DNA from: an uncultured virus (IMG/VR IMGVR_UViG_3300042559_002108) | Lineage: Duplodnaviria > Heunggongvirae > Uroviricota > Caudoviricetes | Virus record (IMG/VR): IMGVR_UViG_3300042559_002108 | Reading direction: 5' to 3' (one strand) | DNA length: 64,000 bases | Shown here: positions 1 to 11,146 of the stretch, in pieces | Layout of the letters: each line of letters starts with the position of its first letter | Position numbering within the stretch: position 1 is the first letter of the stretch | Notes under the pieces: model-generated | What the model was told of the DNA's origin: nothing | Databases searched by the model: none | Seen by the model: only the letters and a program-made list of their open reading frames with translations | Made by a program: the position numbers and the translations under genes

Positions 1-2559
1 TCAAATGCAGGGGGAAAATACTGAGCCATTTTTCCCGCAACTGGTGTTTCTGTAGTAACAGTAGAAGCAGATTGTTTTACTACCCACTCACCGCTGAGCT
101 ATTGTAAATTTTTGCGTTTGTGTAAAGTTTACATTGGCTTCTATCTGTATACTGGCATCTAATTCTTTAGCTTTTTCCTCTGCAGAGATAGAAGAATGGA
201 CTATCTCAAAATCAACTAGATGTGATTTTGGAGGAATGATTGGAAGTACTTTTAAATCTGATTTTCTTGAAGGTATTACTTTATCTCTAACAACGTATGG
301 ACCAAAAGAAGAAGGTACAAAGAACTTCTCTGATACTATATCGGTGTATGCATCACATGATGAAGTTTTATTATTTATCTTAACTAACTCATATGTTGAT
401 GAAAGTTCAGATTTTTCTGTTGCTGTTACTGGTGATGTATTCGTCCATGAAATATTTGGATTTGTATATTCAATATATAATTCTATATTTAAATCATTTT
501 CATCTAAAAATACATCATTAACAGAAGAGTTAACGCTTGACAATTCTTTGATGTATCTTAATTTTGGGTTAGGTAAAATATCTCTTACATACTTTTGTTC
601 ATTGTCAACAACGACTTGTTTAAAGTATTTTTGCTTTTCTTCATCATAAGTTGCATCAGGGTCAATCACCCAGTCATTGTTCCAAGCACATGAGAAAACG
701 TGTACACTTGACCTTAAGTCTCTCTTTTCCCTAGTGGACTCCAGTCTGTCATTTAATGCGACTGAAATACAGTTATATAAAAACTTATACGGTCCTTCAA
801 CAAAATTAGAAAATACTGTAGTCGAACCACTACCTATGTTGACTGGTCCATTATTTGACGTAGGAACTAATGTTGACCCAGAGTATATGTCATTGCAATA
901 TTTTAAGAATCCAGTTGTAGATACAACAATATTTCCAGATAATAATCTATCTGTTTCTTTTGTAAATCTTATATTTCCAAATATTTTTCCATAACTTGTT
1001 GTTAAAATACTTTCAATTCCGGGAGTTGTACTTAAATCAAAATAATTATATTTTTTTATACTTCCATTAACGGCCTGTCCAGATCCGTATATTCCAGAAT
1101 TAGATGCAAATTCAGAAGCGTTGATATTGAAAGCATTGTTTTTTGAAGATTTTAAAAATAAACTTTCTGAATTATAACCAGATGGACTTGAAGATATGGT
1201 AATATCAGGAGCTATCTTTATTTCTTTAAGAGATTCATTTAAAAATGCTAAACTATCTAGAGGCGCATTAATTACATCTAATAAAAGTGTTCCAGCGTTA
1301 TCAACAAACTTTTTTAGCTTTTTTCCTTGACTATCGGTAATCTTCCAGTGCAATGATCCTACTAAAAAGTCATACTGAGATAGATCATCTTCTTGAATTG
1401 TATCAATATCAACCAGCCAATAATCTGCTTGACTCTTGTCGGATATTGTGCTGATTGGATTTATTATCTCAAAAGAAGATAAGTTAAATGAAGAATTCTC
1501 TAGGTTAGACAATACATATGGAGATATTTTAGATAGATCTTTTCCATTACTACTAGAATATAAAACTCCTGCCTGTACTGTTTTAGTAAGTACACCGGAT
1601 AAGTTTGAGCGGTTTCCATTAAATGCAGTAGAAAAATTAACAGAGTTTTTTATTTTTGCAATTATTCTCCAGTTAAATATTTCAAATGTTCTATTGTCAT
1701 CTAAAGCTTTTCTGTTAACAAAAACATAATTATCATCTGTACCACTGTAATCTTTATTTATATAATTCTTTTTTGTATTTCTTTTTACAGAAAATACCCT
1801 TTCTCCAACTCTTGATCTGTCAATAACTTCTGTTTCTTCTTGAATCTCTTTAAAGATTGGAAGAACATTAATTGTTTCAGTGTATCCAAGTATTTGCTTT
1901 GACCAGAATCCATTCTCGTCTACTTCAACTTTATCGTATGAAAGTTTTAAGTTCTTTGGATTTGGGTCTTCTAAAAGAATTATAACTTTATGAGGAATTT
2001 CATTGTTTGTAGCATTCTCTTGTGTTAAAAATGATTCTATTAAAACCCTGTACTTTAACTTTCCAGTTACAGGATCTGAATAAATATTTCCATTTTCGTC
2101 TAATACCTTTATGGACTTTGGCATATATTCAGGATTTGAAAAAGAAGATATAGAAACATCATAATAAGATTTTGCTTGTACTAGTGTAAAGAATTTACTT
2201 ACATAATAACTATGTGCATAAATTTTTTGTTCCACATCTGACTCTTCATATTTCTGAGAAAAGGACTGCTCATTAAGCAATATGTCACTAACACTTACGT
2301 CATCTGATGAAACAAATGGATTTCCATCTGAATCCTCTAGTATCCCAAGCTCATTGGCAAACATTATTTTAGAAAATGAATTAGATTCATTTAAGTTTTC
2401 TGGAGTTAAAGAAGAAAGATCTACTATTGAAATATTATTTTCAGGAGACACTTCTTTTGAAGTATACCAGCCTAAATTAATAGCGTCTCTTGGAACATAA
2501 TTGCCAACTTTTACTGCTGGTTCTTTTCCTGAATCTGTTGCATCAGTAAACTTTTTCAT
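1..2559 (-). CDS. Large virion/baseplate structural protein (3' end runs off the window; +1 recoding site at 90-93)
   Basis: The 823-aa ORF 88..2559 ends CAG CGG TGA. Skipping the C continues an open frame (GEWVVKQSASTVTTETPVAGKMAQYFPPAF...) to position 1. It lies in the baseplate module. Confidence 0.55.
90..93 (-). other. CGG(N) +1 recoding site 1 (CAG-C-GGT)
   Basis: The 0-frame stop TGA follows CGG immediately, and the +1 frame has a TAG just upstream, so the shift window is only about 3 codons. Confidence 0.75.
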
Positions 2560-2561
2560 TT

Positions 2562-5500
2562 TTAATCTTCCTCATATTCATTCATTAATCCATAGTAATC
2601 TGCAACTTGGTAAGGAGTTGAGCCAAGAAGACCTATATCATGCTGTTCTTTTCTTGACATTGGATACCACTTTGGTGGCATCCAATTTGGAGTCGCACTA
2701 TACTTAGGAGCATGGCTTCCATCATGATAATTGATGGTAAAAGACGGAGTAGAATACATGTCCTCTACTTCTTCATATAGTACATTTGGATTATATAATA
2801 TAGCATCCTTAAAATTGTAATTTAAGTTATCATATTTTTCATACCAATATACTATGTCTCCAGCTACTGTATTTGGATTATAGTTTACTGTTGCTGCGTT
2901 TTCAGTTTCTAAAGCAGTTATCCATATTCCAGGATTATATTTATCCATAGATAAAATTGGGCCCACTTCAAACATTCCATATTCATCAGTCGTTACATAA
3001 TTTGAATACGGCGTTGCATCAAATACATCTTTTAATGTCCTACCTTTTCTCCAGTAAACTACTTTATTTACTTGAGGTTCGCCAAAAGGTGACCTGACAA
3101 CTCCGGTAATGTAATTATTACTAAGGCCATCAGCATAAAAAACATTATTTAAAGGAAAAGCTTTTAGCTCAGTTTCTTTTTCATATATTGAAGATATTGA
3201 ATATTGTAATGTTTCAGAGAAGCCTTGGGTTTGGGAGTTTGGATGAGCCTGTGCAGAACCATTAGCCACACCTAAAACCGTTAAAGTATCTGATGTTGAG
3301 TTAGCTGGTATAGTGCCAGAATAAGAAAGTATAACTGATGCAAAGCCGTTTATGTCAGTCGTGTAATATGCACTTTCAGACTGAAGATTTAAAGAAGATA
3401 CACTGAAAGTTTGATATGGTTTTGGGTTTCCATTTTCATCTATAGATACAGCTACTAGAGCCATGTATTCATCTGAGTTATCGAGAATATACGATGGACT
3501 TAAGGTTAAATCAAAGTCTGCAAATTCATAATCATTATGACTTAAGTATACAAATCCTTCTGTATCCCAAAGTTTCATTGGATCTATTTCAAGAGATATA
3601 GGAGTTGCATGACTTACAATCGCATTTTCATAAGTAACTTTATATTTATAATATGAATTTGGAGTGGAACTAAAATCTAAATGAGTTACATATTTTTCAT
3701 TTAGTTGATCAAAATAATCATTATCTACGATGTAGGTATCTCTTACTTTATAAGTTACTGAATAATCCCTATCGATAACTTTTGGAGTAGCATCGCTAAA
3801 TACAGATACATTGCTTGTAGAGCTGGATCCAGCTTGAAGCATCTCATAGCCGGTAACTCTATCTACTACACTTACGTCGTAAACATCTTCGTAACCTAGG
3901 TATAAATCATTGGTAAAATTAGCTTTTACTATTTCGTTATTAATGAGCGAAACACTAGTTGGAGTAGCCTCATTGTAAAATGCTACTTCTGATAGCATTG
4001 TTGGAGTAGCAATAAGTCTCTCAACTATAATTGGAGCACCTTGTCTAGCTACGTTAGATAAATTTAAATTAAAGCCAGGAGTAGAAAATTCTTCTGTAAC
4101 TGGATTAGAAAATATGTAATGATCTTCACTGTTTTGACTGTACCAACCTGAATTTATATAACTCTTATAGACTCCGGTATAATTTGCGCTAACTTGAACA
4201 TCAGGAATAAATCCACCTTGATATTCAACTAGTGGATTAGAAATCCATATATCATCTTCATTGTCAACAGAAACATATTGCTCTGAAAGATAAAGCTCTA
4301 CCCCTTCTGTTTCATTGACTGCTTCTAGTTTGTAAATGTAATCATTATCTGGATCAAGACCAAATGTTTCGTAGTTTAATTCATATCTGCCAACTATATT
4401 TGAATTTTTACTAAATGTTTCATCCCAATTATCTTGATCATATCTTACTACTCCATTTTTATTAACCAAAGCTTGAATTATTGGAGTGCTATATTCCGCA
4501 AAGCTTTCCCATGATTCAACCTTAAAAGGATAGACTGGAGTAGAGGATAGTCCTGTACTAAATATAATGGAATCAGGAGTTGATCCATATGGATACTTTA
4601 GATCCGCAAAATAATAACTTACTGTAGATCCAGATGTGCCAATGTAACCAAGATGATCTTGAGGGGTTGCAAAATTTGGATTTATGTATTTAGCAATTAT
4701 ATTGGGCGAGGCTGGGACTAAGTAATCTAGAGAATCATAAGTAGAAACTCCACCATAACCGATATAGGGAGATGCAACATTGACAAGAGTATTATCTTCG
4801 TATCCATCTGGCTTAACGTTTTCAATGTGAACATATATTGGAGTTGCGCCAGGAGGGAACACTAAAGTGTTAGCTAGTGACTGTGTATCTAGTGAGAAGT
4901 CTTTTAGTTCAGAGAATGAATTTATTCCATTGAGAAGAAAACTGCCATTAATTCTTGGAGAAGTGTTAAACACTCCTCTTGTTTTATTATAAACATTTGA
5001 GATCAATCTAATATTAGCACCATTGTTGCTAAAATTTGGTGTACTTAAATTAATTGGGCTGCCGATAACACTCGTTGAAGGTGTTGAACCAACGAATCCA
5101 ATCTCAAAATTAGAAGAACCAGACGATGGCGTAGCAGAAGCTTTTGTTGCATAGTAATAATTTATTCTATTTGAATTTGGACTAGCAGATGTAGTAGATA
5201 CATTTAAGTATGGTTGATCATTAGATATATCTTTAAATACATATCCAGTATAAGCATAACCGTCCTGATCAAATATGTTCATAACATTAAATTCAGGACT
5301 TGCTGGATGTCCAGGGTAGAATACATTTTTTGGATTATATGTTAGATCTGAATAAAAAGTTTTTGATGTAGAGTAAGACCCATGAGGAGCGGTATGTAAT
5401 GCATACCTAAAGTTTACTGTTGCACTATCGTTTTGATAATAGTCTTGATAGTATGATCCGTAATATTCATAGTCGACTTTAACTGGAGCATAGTTATCTT

Positions 5501-7179
5501 GTATTCCAAGATACCTTAATCCGGTAGCAAGGAATCTAGCTTCTACCTCTATCTCATTTTCAAAAGGTTCTTTTATAATGATATTTGCATCATTTATGTC
5601 CCCTACTCCAGGCTGGTAGTAAGAGCCTAATGGGGTTGAGCCGTCATAAGCTGCAGGAATTCTACCTATGCTGAGTTGGTCTTTGCCAGCATAGTCCCAG
5701 TATCCTTCTCCCCATTTAACATATCCCCAGTTTGTTGGGTACTTTTCATTTATATCTTTTACGAAATCAACAAATTTTGATGTGGGCTTACCGTATCCAT
5801 CAAAGTATGGACTAGAACTTTCCATATTTTGGATTTCAATTATTTCAGGAGTTGCTCCTAAGTAATCAGAATCAGGAGTTGCTCCATAGGCACTCCATAT
5901 ATTAAGTTCTCTTCTTAAAGTTTTTTTAATTGCCTCTACTGTTGGTCCAGGAAGATTTTTGTAGACATCTAATGTTCTTTTTCTAAGACTATCATTTGAT
6001 TCAAGATATAATCTTTGTATTCCAACACGAGATGCAAACTCATCAAACCAGTTCCACTTAAGAGTTGGAGTTTGTTCATAGGTAATACCATCAGCAGATA
6101 ATACCTTGAATAGTTTTTTTGTAAGAATCTGTCTATCAAGAGCGTTGTAATAGTAGCAATAATCATTTTCTAAAGATTCATATAAGTCTATTATTGAATC
6201 TATTCTCGCTAAAGGCACTCCGTCACCAAGCACTCTAGCTATTGATGCCGGTACATCTGAGCAGATATACATCCATGCTGATTGCTCTAAGTCAGAAGTT
6301 GAGATGAATCTATCTAGTTGATATAAGTTTACTTGTTTTTCAAAGTTTTCTGGAAAATCTGATACTAAAGCGTTAATAAATTTTCCGGCTGTAGTCTCAG
6401 GTAGTTGCAAAATAGGAGTAGCATCATCTTCTGAGTCTGTAAACATTTTCATCCAAGATGGAAACCTTGAAAGAATTTTCTTTGTCGTTCTAGACAATAC
6501 TGGAGATATTGGATTATCTACTGCTACTTCTACAAGAAGAACAAATCCGTAATTTTCTACGTCTTCAGGGTTAAGAAATGATACTATCTCTAATTCAAAT
6601 CTTACATATCTTTTAGCATTTTTTATAAAAAGAGTTCCTACGTCTTCAGATATAGAAGACTTTAGCCACGGCCCCTCTGTAGAGTCAGACTCATAGGTTG
6701 TTAAAGTATAGGTAGGATTATCCTGATTAAGAGATTCGGTAAACGCTCCGCTTATAACTTAATATATCTACTCTTGATTTTGTATCAATAAATCTAAAAA
6801 GGTCTAAGTCTACAGAATCTGGATTGAGAATGTAAAATGGAGAAGAGTCTTGTATCAAATCATATATATAATATTGACCAGACTCTTGATCATAATCAAA
6901 GATATTGTACGATACAACTCCAGCTTGTTGGACAATTTCGCCATAGTTTGTAACGCTTACTGGGGTCGAACCATCGACTACAATGGTAGGCGTAGCATCC
7001 TGTATTATTTCTGTGCCAACAAATGTTCTATCACCAATAGTATTCAGGCCATTTCTAGACCTTGAGATAGAGTAGTTGGTATACCATTTATTGTGGTATA
7101 AATCGATAGCACCTGTAGACCAGCTTTTACCAGATTTAACAAAATCTGCACTTCTAAGTGCTATGATAAATTGCTTCAT
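2562..7179 (-). CDS. Large baseplate wedge/structural protein, ~1538 aa after one +1 shift; rich in [A/S]TP motifs
   Basis: ORF 6727..7179 joins the frame of ORF 2562..6497 at AAG-C-GGA, and the bridging 6498-6746 region is open in the new frame. The segment 'FDEFASRVGIQRLYLESNDSLRKR' resembles baseplate wedge proteins. Confidence 0.6.
6747..6750 (-). other. CGG(N) +1 recoding site 2 (AAG-C-GGA)
   Basis: Removing one C fuses the 150-aa ORF to the 1311-aa ORF. Confidence 0.8.
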
Positions 7180-7204
7180 CTACAGATGCCTTTCAATTCT
7201 TTAA

Positions 7205-8446
7205 TCAGTCTAACCAGATTGAGTACTCTGAAGTGACTCCATTGTCTGGGTGTACAAACATTAGGTGTTGGCATGGTCTACTCATTGATGAGAAGTATTC
7301 CTGAGCATATGTATTGTGACTTTCTGGTGATCCAGAAATTCTTAAAAGACTACTACCTATGGTCATTTTTACCTGTTGATGGTAATGACCCATAAATACG
7401 TCTTCAAAATGCTCCGGGATAGCGCCATCTTTCCAGCCCATTACCTTTTTATAGTAACCGTATGAGGCACTTGGTGCAGGCATTTGATCTCCATGAATGA
7501 GAAGTGAACTGTATGAGCCTATTGTATCAACTGCATAAAAGTTTCTCTCACCTTTACCATCTGGTATATTAAAGGTAATTCTTGGTTCATCCTTGAAGAT
7601 TAATTGGACAATCTTATAGAGTAATCTATCCATATTTGTCTCAGGGTCATGTTGCTTTCTTGCTCTTCCGCCGACTGCCCCATGATTGCCTATAATCCCT
7701 GTAACGTGAACGTGCTTAAAGTTCTCAAGTGCCGTTCTAAGAAAGTTACCCAAGATTTCAGGACCATTAATTCCGACCTGCCTATAAAGACCAGAGTCAA
7801 TTAAATGGCTTTGGCCAGGAAAAATCTCTTCACCCTCTACGATATCACCTAAAAGCCAAACGTGTAAATCATCTACTGGGTGGTGCGTTCTTTGAATGTC
7901 TGTAATCTCAATAAGCTTTTCTGCATAAGCTTCTATTCTTTGTGCAAGAACTTCTGAGTTATAAGAAGGCGTAACCTTGCCAAGTTGCCAGTCTGCAAAA
8001 ACTGCCACTGCTGTTTCCGATACCCCTTTTTTGGAGGATGGAGCATTCTTTTGTTTAATTGCAGGAAGTTCAAATTCAGAGAATGCTGAATAGGCAGCTT
8101 CGTATACTGCTAGTATGGTTTCATCTTTTACGTTTTTATTCTTTTCGGCTAGACGAGCAAGTCTTTTATTCTCAGCTCTGATGAAGTCAAACTTATTATT
8201 GTAAGAAGTTCCATCTGACTCTGAGTCTATATCCTGCGTTAAACCATAGTCTTCATCTTGTCTAGATGTTTCAGAGAATCCTATGTATTTACTAGCTTCA
8301 GCAACGCTTACTTCGTTTATATCAAGACTCTCTTTTAGAGTCTCTCCAAGAGAATCTTCTTCTCTTTCTATAGTCATTTTTGCCTGAGTCATATTTGGCG
8401 CCTTGACAATGTGCGTAGTCGTCAAGAGAAAGTATTTTTCACTCAT
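7205..8446 (-). CDS. Calcineurin-like metallophosphoesterase
   Basis: Motifs ADWQLG, LGDIVEG, GNHG, HGD and GHYH occur in order. The likely start is ATG at 8446 (MSEKYF). Confidence 0.8.
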   Translation of the reverse strand: MSEKYFLLTTTHIVKAPNMTQAKMTIEREEDSLGETLKESLDINEVSVAEASKYIGFSETSRQDEDYGLTQDIDSESDGTSYNNKFDFIRAENKRLARLAEKNKNVKDETILAVYEAAYSAFSEFELPAIKQKNAPSSKKGVSETAVAVFADWQLGKVTPSYNSEVLAQRIEAYAEKLIEITDIQRTHHPVDDLHVWLLGDIVEGEEIFPGQSHLIDSGLYRQVGINGPEILGNFLRTALENFKHVHVTGIIGNHGAVGGRARKQHDPETNMDRLLYKIVQLIFKDEPRITFNIPDGKGERNFYAVDTIGSYSSLLIHGDQMPAPSASYGYYKKVMGWKDGAIPEHFEDVFMGHYHQQVKMTIGSSLLRISGSPESHNTYAQEYFSSMSRPCQHLMFVHPDNGVTSEYSIWLD

Positions 8447-8462
8447 TAATTTAAACCAACCT

Positions 8463-9632
8463 TTAGTAGTTTGATGCACCAATTATAACAGAGTTTATAC
8501 TGATTGTGCCAGAAACAATGTATTGTCTTTCATTTTGTGGTTTAAATTCTTTTCTATTAACATTTACTCCGCCAGCTGTAATCGAAGTGATATTGATAGA
8601 CTTTATAAATTCGGAAGATATTTTTATTTGTCTTTCCACCTCTTGTATTTCAATAAAATCTCCTATCGTAAGAGAGTTTAAATACCTCTTAACAAATATT
8701 GCAGCTTGATTTTGAATACCTTGTTGAAGATTATTTGCGGTGCCAAATGGAAGAGATATAGTTGCATTTACAGCAACAGAAATAGGATCCGCTATTGTTA
8801 CATTCATTCTAATCCCGAGTGGTCTGATGTTGTTAATTGCTTGGTTTACAAGTGTTGGAATGTTTCCAATTCTTCCTGGAACCTCTGGGACAATAATAAC
8901 CTCGCAAGAACCAAGGCCATAAGTAGCTTCTCTAATCCTTATGTCTCTTACTCCGCTTACGGAAAGAGCTGCAAATCTTATAGATTCAAGAGTTCCAGTA
9001 GTATTAACCTTAACTGCTGAAAGTATTCTTCTTCTATAGTTATCGTCTGACTCTGAATTTAAAATTGGATATATTTCTTTTGGGTTATTACAAAAAACTA
9101 AGATTCCTGGAGGAGCTATATAATTATGCTTAGTCAAAGTACCAACAGATGCTACATATTCATTTGACTGGAAGTTTGGCTCAACTATACCGTAAGCTTT
9201 ACTTACTCCACTTAATATAACTATGTCCTGTACCACTCTGTAGCTATACTGGGAAGAGCTAAATGAGCCAACATCATTGTATACTAAGGTTCCTTTAGGG
9301 ATCACAATTGATGATTGATAAGAGCTGCTAATAAAAAACTCTATATTTGCTGTTGATCTTTCATAGGTCAGCTGATCAGAAAGAACTTTTCTTCTCACGT
9401 TATATAACTCACCTATTAAATCAAGAGATCTTCCAGAAGCTGTTGATAGATTGCCTTGACTTACTGATTCTCTAAAAGATTCATAGAGATAAAACATTTC
9501 AGTTCCAAAAGCATCAGCGAAAGCTCTAGCTATAGAACCTGGAGATGTGGCAGTTATATTAGCATTTTGCTCTAATGAATTTATAATTCTAACTATAATT
9601 TCATCTTTTGTTTTACTGTTAACTATAGCCAT
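8463..9632 (-). CDS. Baseplate J-like wedge protein
   Basis: Contains 'PGSIARAF', 'STASGRSLDLIGELYNVRR' and 'ESDDNYRRRI...GTLESIRFAALSVSGV', typical of Baseplate_J. Confidence 0.85.
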   Translation of the reverse strand: MAIVNSKTKDEIIVRIINSLEQNANITATSPGSIARAFADAFGTEMFYLYESFRESVSQGNLSTASGRSLDLIGELYNVRRKVLSDQLTYERSTANIEFFISSSYQSSIVIPKGTLVYNDVGSFSSSQYSYRVVQDIVILSGVSKAYGIVEPNFQSNEYVASVGTLTKHNYIAPPGILVFCNNPKEIYPILNSESDDNYRRRILSAVKVNTTGTLESIRFAALSVSGVRDIRIREATYGLGSCEVIIVPEVPGRIGNIPTLVNQAINNIRPLGIRMNVTIADPISVAVNATISLPFGTANNLQQGIQNQAAIFVKRYLNSLTIGDFIEIQEVERQIKISSEFIKSINITSITAGGVNVNRKEFKPQNERQYIVSGTISINSVIIGASNY

Positions 9633-9637
9633 TTATA

Positions 9638-10018
9638 TTATGCTCCTAAGTTCTGTTTTATACTTAAAGTTACTGGCTGGTTACTTCCTGATTGAACATG
9701 TATATCAAATCTTATTGTATCTGGACTTGTCGGAACTGCACTAACATCAATATTTCTTCCCTTAAATGTTTGCTCCCTATTCAAGGCTGATAGTATTAAG
9801 TTCTTACCCATCTGACCAGTCTGTTGATTCTGTGGCATACCGTATAGTATTGAGAGATCAACGCCCAAATTTGGATAAGCACTGAAGTCTCCTGGCTCCG
9901 TCATTAGCCTAACGTAAACTTGTTGAACATCATTTTGAAGTGATGTATTTACTCTGGCAACGTCGTTATTTCCGTTAATTAAAATATCTCCGTCTAAGGT
10001 AAGAAATAGATCAGACAC
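9638..10018 (-). CDS. gp25/GpW-like baseplate wedge (sheath initiator) protein
   Basis: 126 aa with 'RLMTEPGDFSAYPNLGVDL', immediately upstream of baseplate J. Confidence 0.75.
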   Translation of the reverse strand: MSDLFLTLDGDILINGNNDVARVNTSLQNDVQQVYVRLMTEPGDFSAYPNLGVDLSILYGMPQNQQTGQMGKNLILSALNREQTFKGRNIDVSAVPTSPDTIRFDIHVQSGSNQPVTLSIKQNLGA

Positions 10019-10667
10019 CCTTATCCCTCATTGTTTTTTCTCTTGCTTGACTAAAAGTAAAACCAGACTCAAGTAATTGAGTCATGTATCTAACTTTTTC
10101 AGTGCTATTTGTTAAAGAAAACTCTTTCAATAAAACCATGTCATTTTTTGAAATAACAGAAGGATTATTTACAGTGGGAGATTCTTCCCTTCTTTCGGAG
10201 GGACTTTTAACGAAAGCAAAATCACCAGTTATAGTAGTGATATTATCTGATTTTTCTATATCATCATAATCACCAAGTGCATCAAGATAATAGTCTGCGT
10301 AATTAAAGCCAGAATTGTGCTCTTTTTCACTAGTATGAACTAAAGAAGGCTCATTGTATATGTCTCCGGCGTAATTAAAGCTCATGTTATTCCACCTTAG
10401 GCCATAATCTTCTTTTGTGACTATCTTAACAACGTCAGCAAATATAGAGATTGATCCATTACTAGGGCTAATTACTATCCCTAGCTCTTCTCCAGCAAAT
10501 ATTTCTACGTCTCCCTTGTCATTTAATCTGACAAAAGCGGTTGTATCAGGATGAGTTAAACCAACCTCTCTTCTTGAAAAAGAGGATCTCTTTGACAACT
10601 CATGAGATTCATTAAAATTGTCTACATTGGTTGTTAGTGCGTTATTTAATATTTTTTTATTGGTCAT
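10011..10667 (-). CDS. Putative baseplate spike-associated protein
   Basis: Beta-rich segment 'VGLTHPDTTAFVRLNDKGDVEIFAG'; lies between the spike OB-fold gene and the gp25-like gene. Confidence 0.4.
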   Translation of the reverse strand: MTNKKILNNALTTNVDNFNESHELSKRSSFSRREVGLTHPDTTAFVRLNDKGDVEIFAGEELGIVISPSNGSISIFADVVKIVTKEDYGLRWNNMSFNYAGDIYNEPSLVHTSEKEHNSGFNYADYYLDALGDYDDIEKSDNITTITGDFAFVKSPSERREESPTVNNPSVISKNDMVLLKEFSLTNSTEKVRYMTQLLESGFTFSQAREKTMRDKGV

Positions 10668-10668
10668 T

Positions 10669-11032
10669 TTAGATCATATACCTTGGTATTCCAGTGTTTG
10701 CTATGGAACAGTTTACATTTCGTTCATTGCCAAAATCATTTATAAAATTAACTATAAATGGCGATCTTTCATTTTCATCACTAAAGCCTACTATGCATCT
10801 ATCTCCTGGTTCTGGAGCAACCATTTGAATTCCGATAAAAAGACGGACAAGGTATATTGTCTACTATGTTACCAATCATACTGGAACTATGCGATTCCAG
10901 TACTACAGTTATAGTATTACTTATACTATCATAGCTAGTAACGGTTGCGCCTCTTGTTTTTTGCTCCTGCATTCTGGAGGAAATTATATGATCATTAATC
11001 TTTTGATCAAACTTAGGATATATATTAACCAC
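10669..11032 (-). CDS. Baseplate spike (gpV/gp45-like) OB-fold protein, ~120 aa after one +1 shift
   Basis: GTG start preceded by a GGAGA RBS. After the shift at TAT-C-GGA it reads ...NIPCPSFY-GIQMVAPEPGDRCIVGFSDENERSPFIVNF..., matching the spike OB-fold 'P..GD.V.V.F' pattern. Stop TAA is at 10669. Confidence 0.7.
10831..10834 (-). other. CGG(N) +1 recoding site 3 (TAT-C-GGA)
   Basis: The shift restores the conserved half of the OB-fold. Confidence 0.8.
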
Positions 11033-11033
11033 C

Positions 11034-11146
11034 GAAAACTTCTCCATTCAACCATTGGTTATAAACTTTTACTTTCTTAGAGTTATTTTTACTTAGCAGT
11101 AAAGGGGAAAACTGTTCCATTTAACCATTGGTTGTAAACTTTTACT
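11034..11146. repeat. 40-bp imperfect direct repeat duplicating the 3' end of the hydrolase gene
   Basis: 11034-11073 and 11107-11146 match at 36/40. Both encode VKVYNQWLNG(E/T)VF on the minus strand. Confidence 0.85.
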
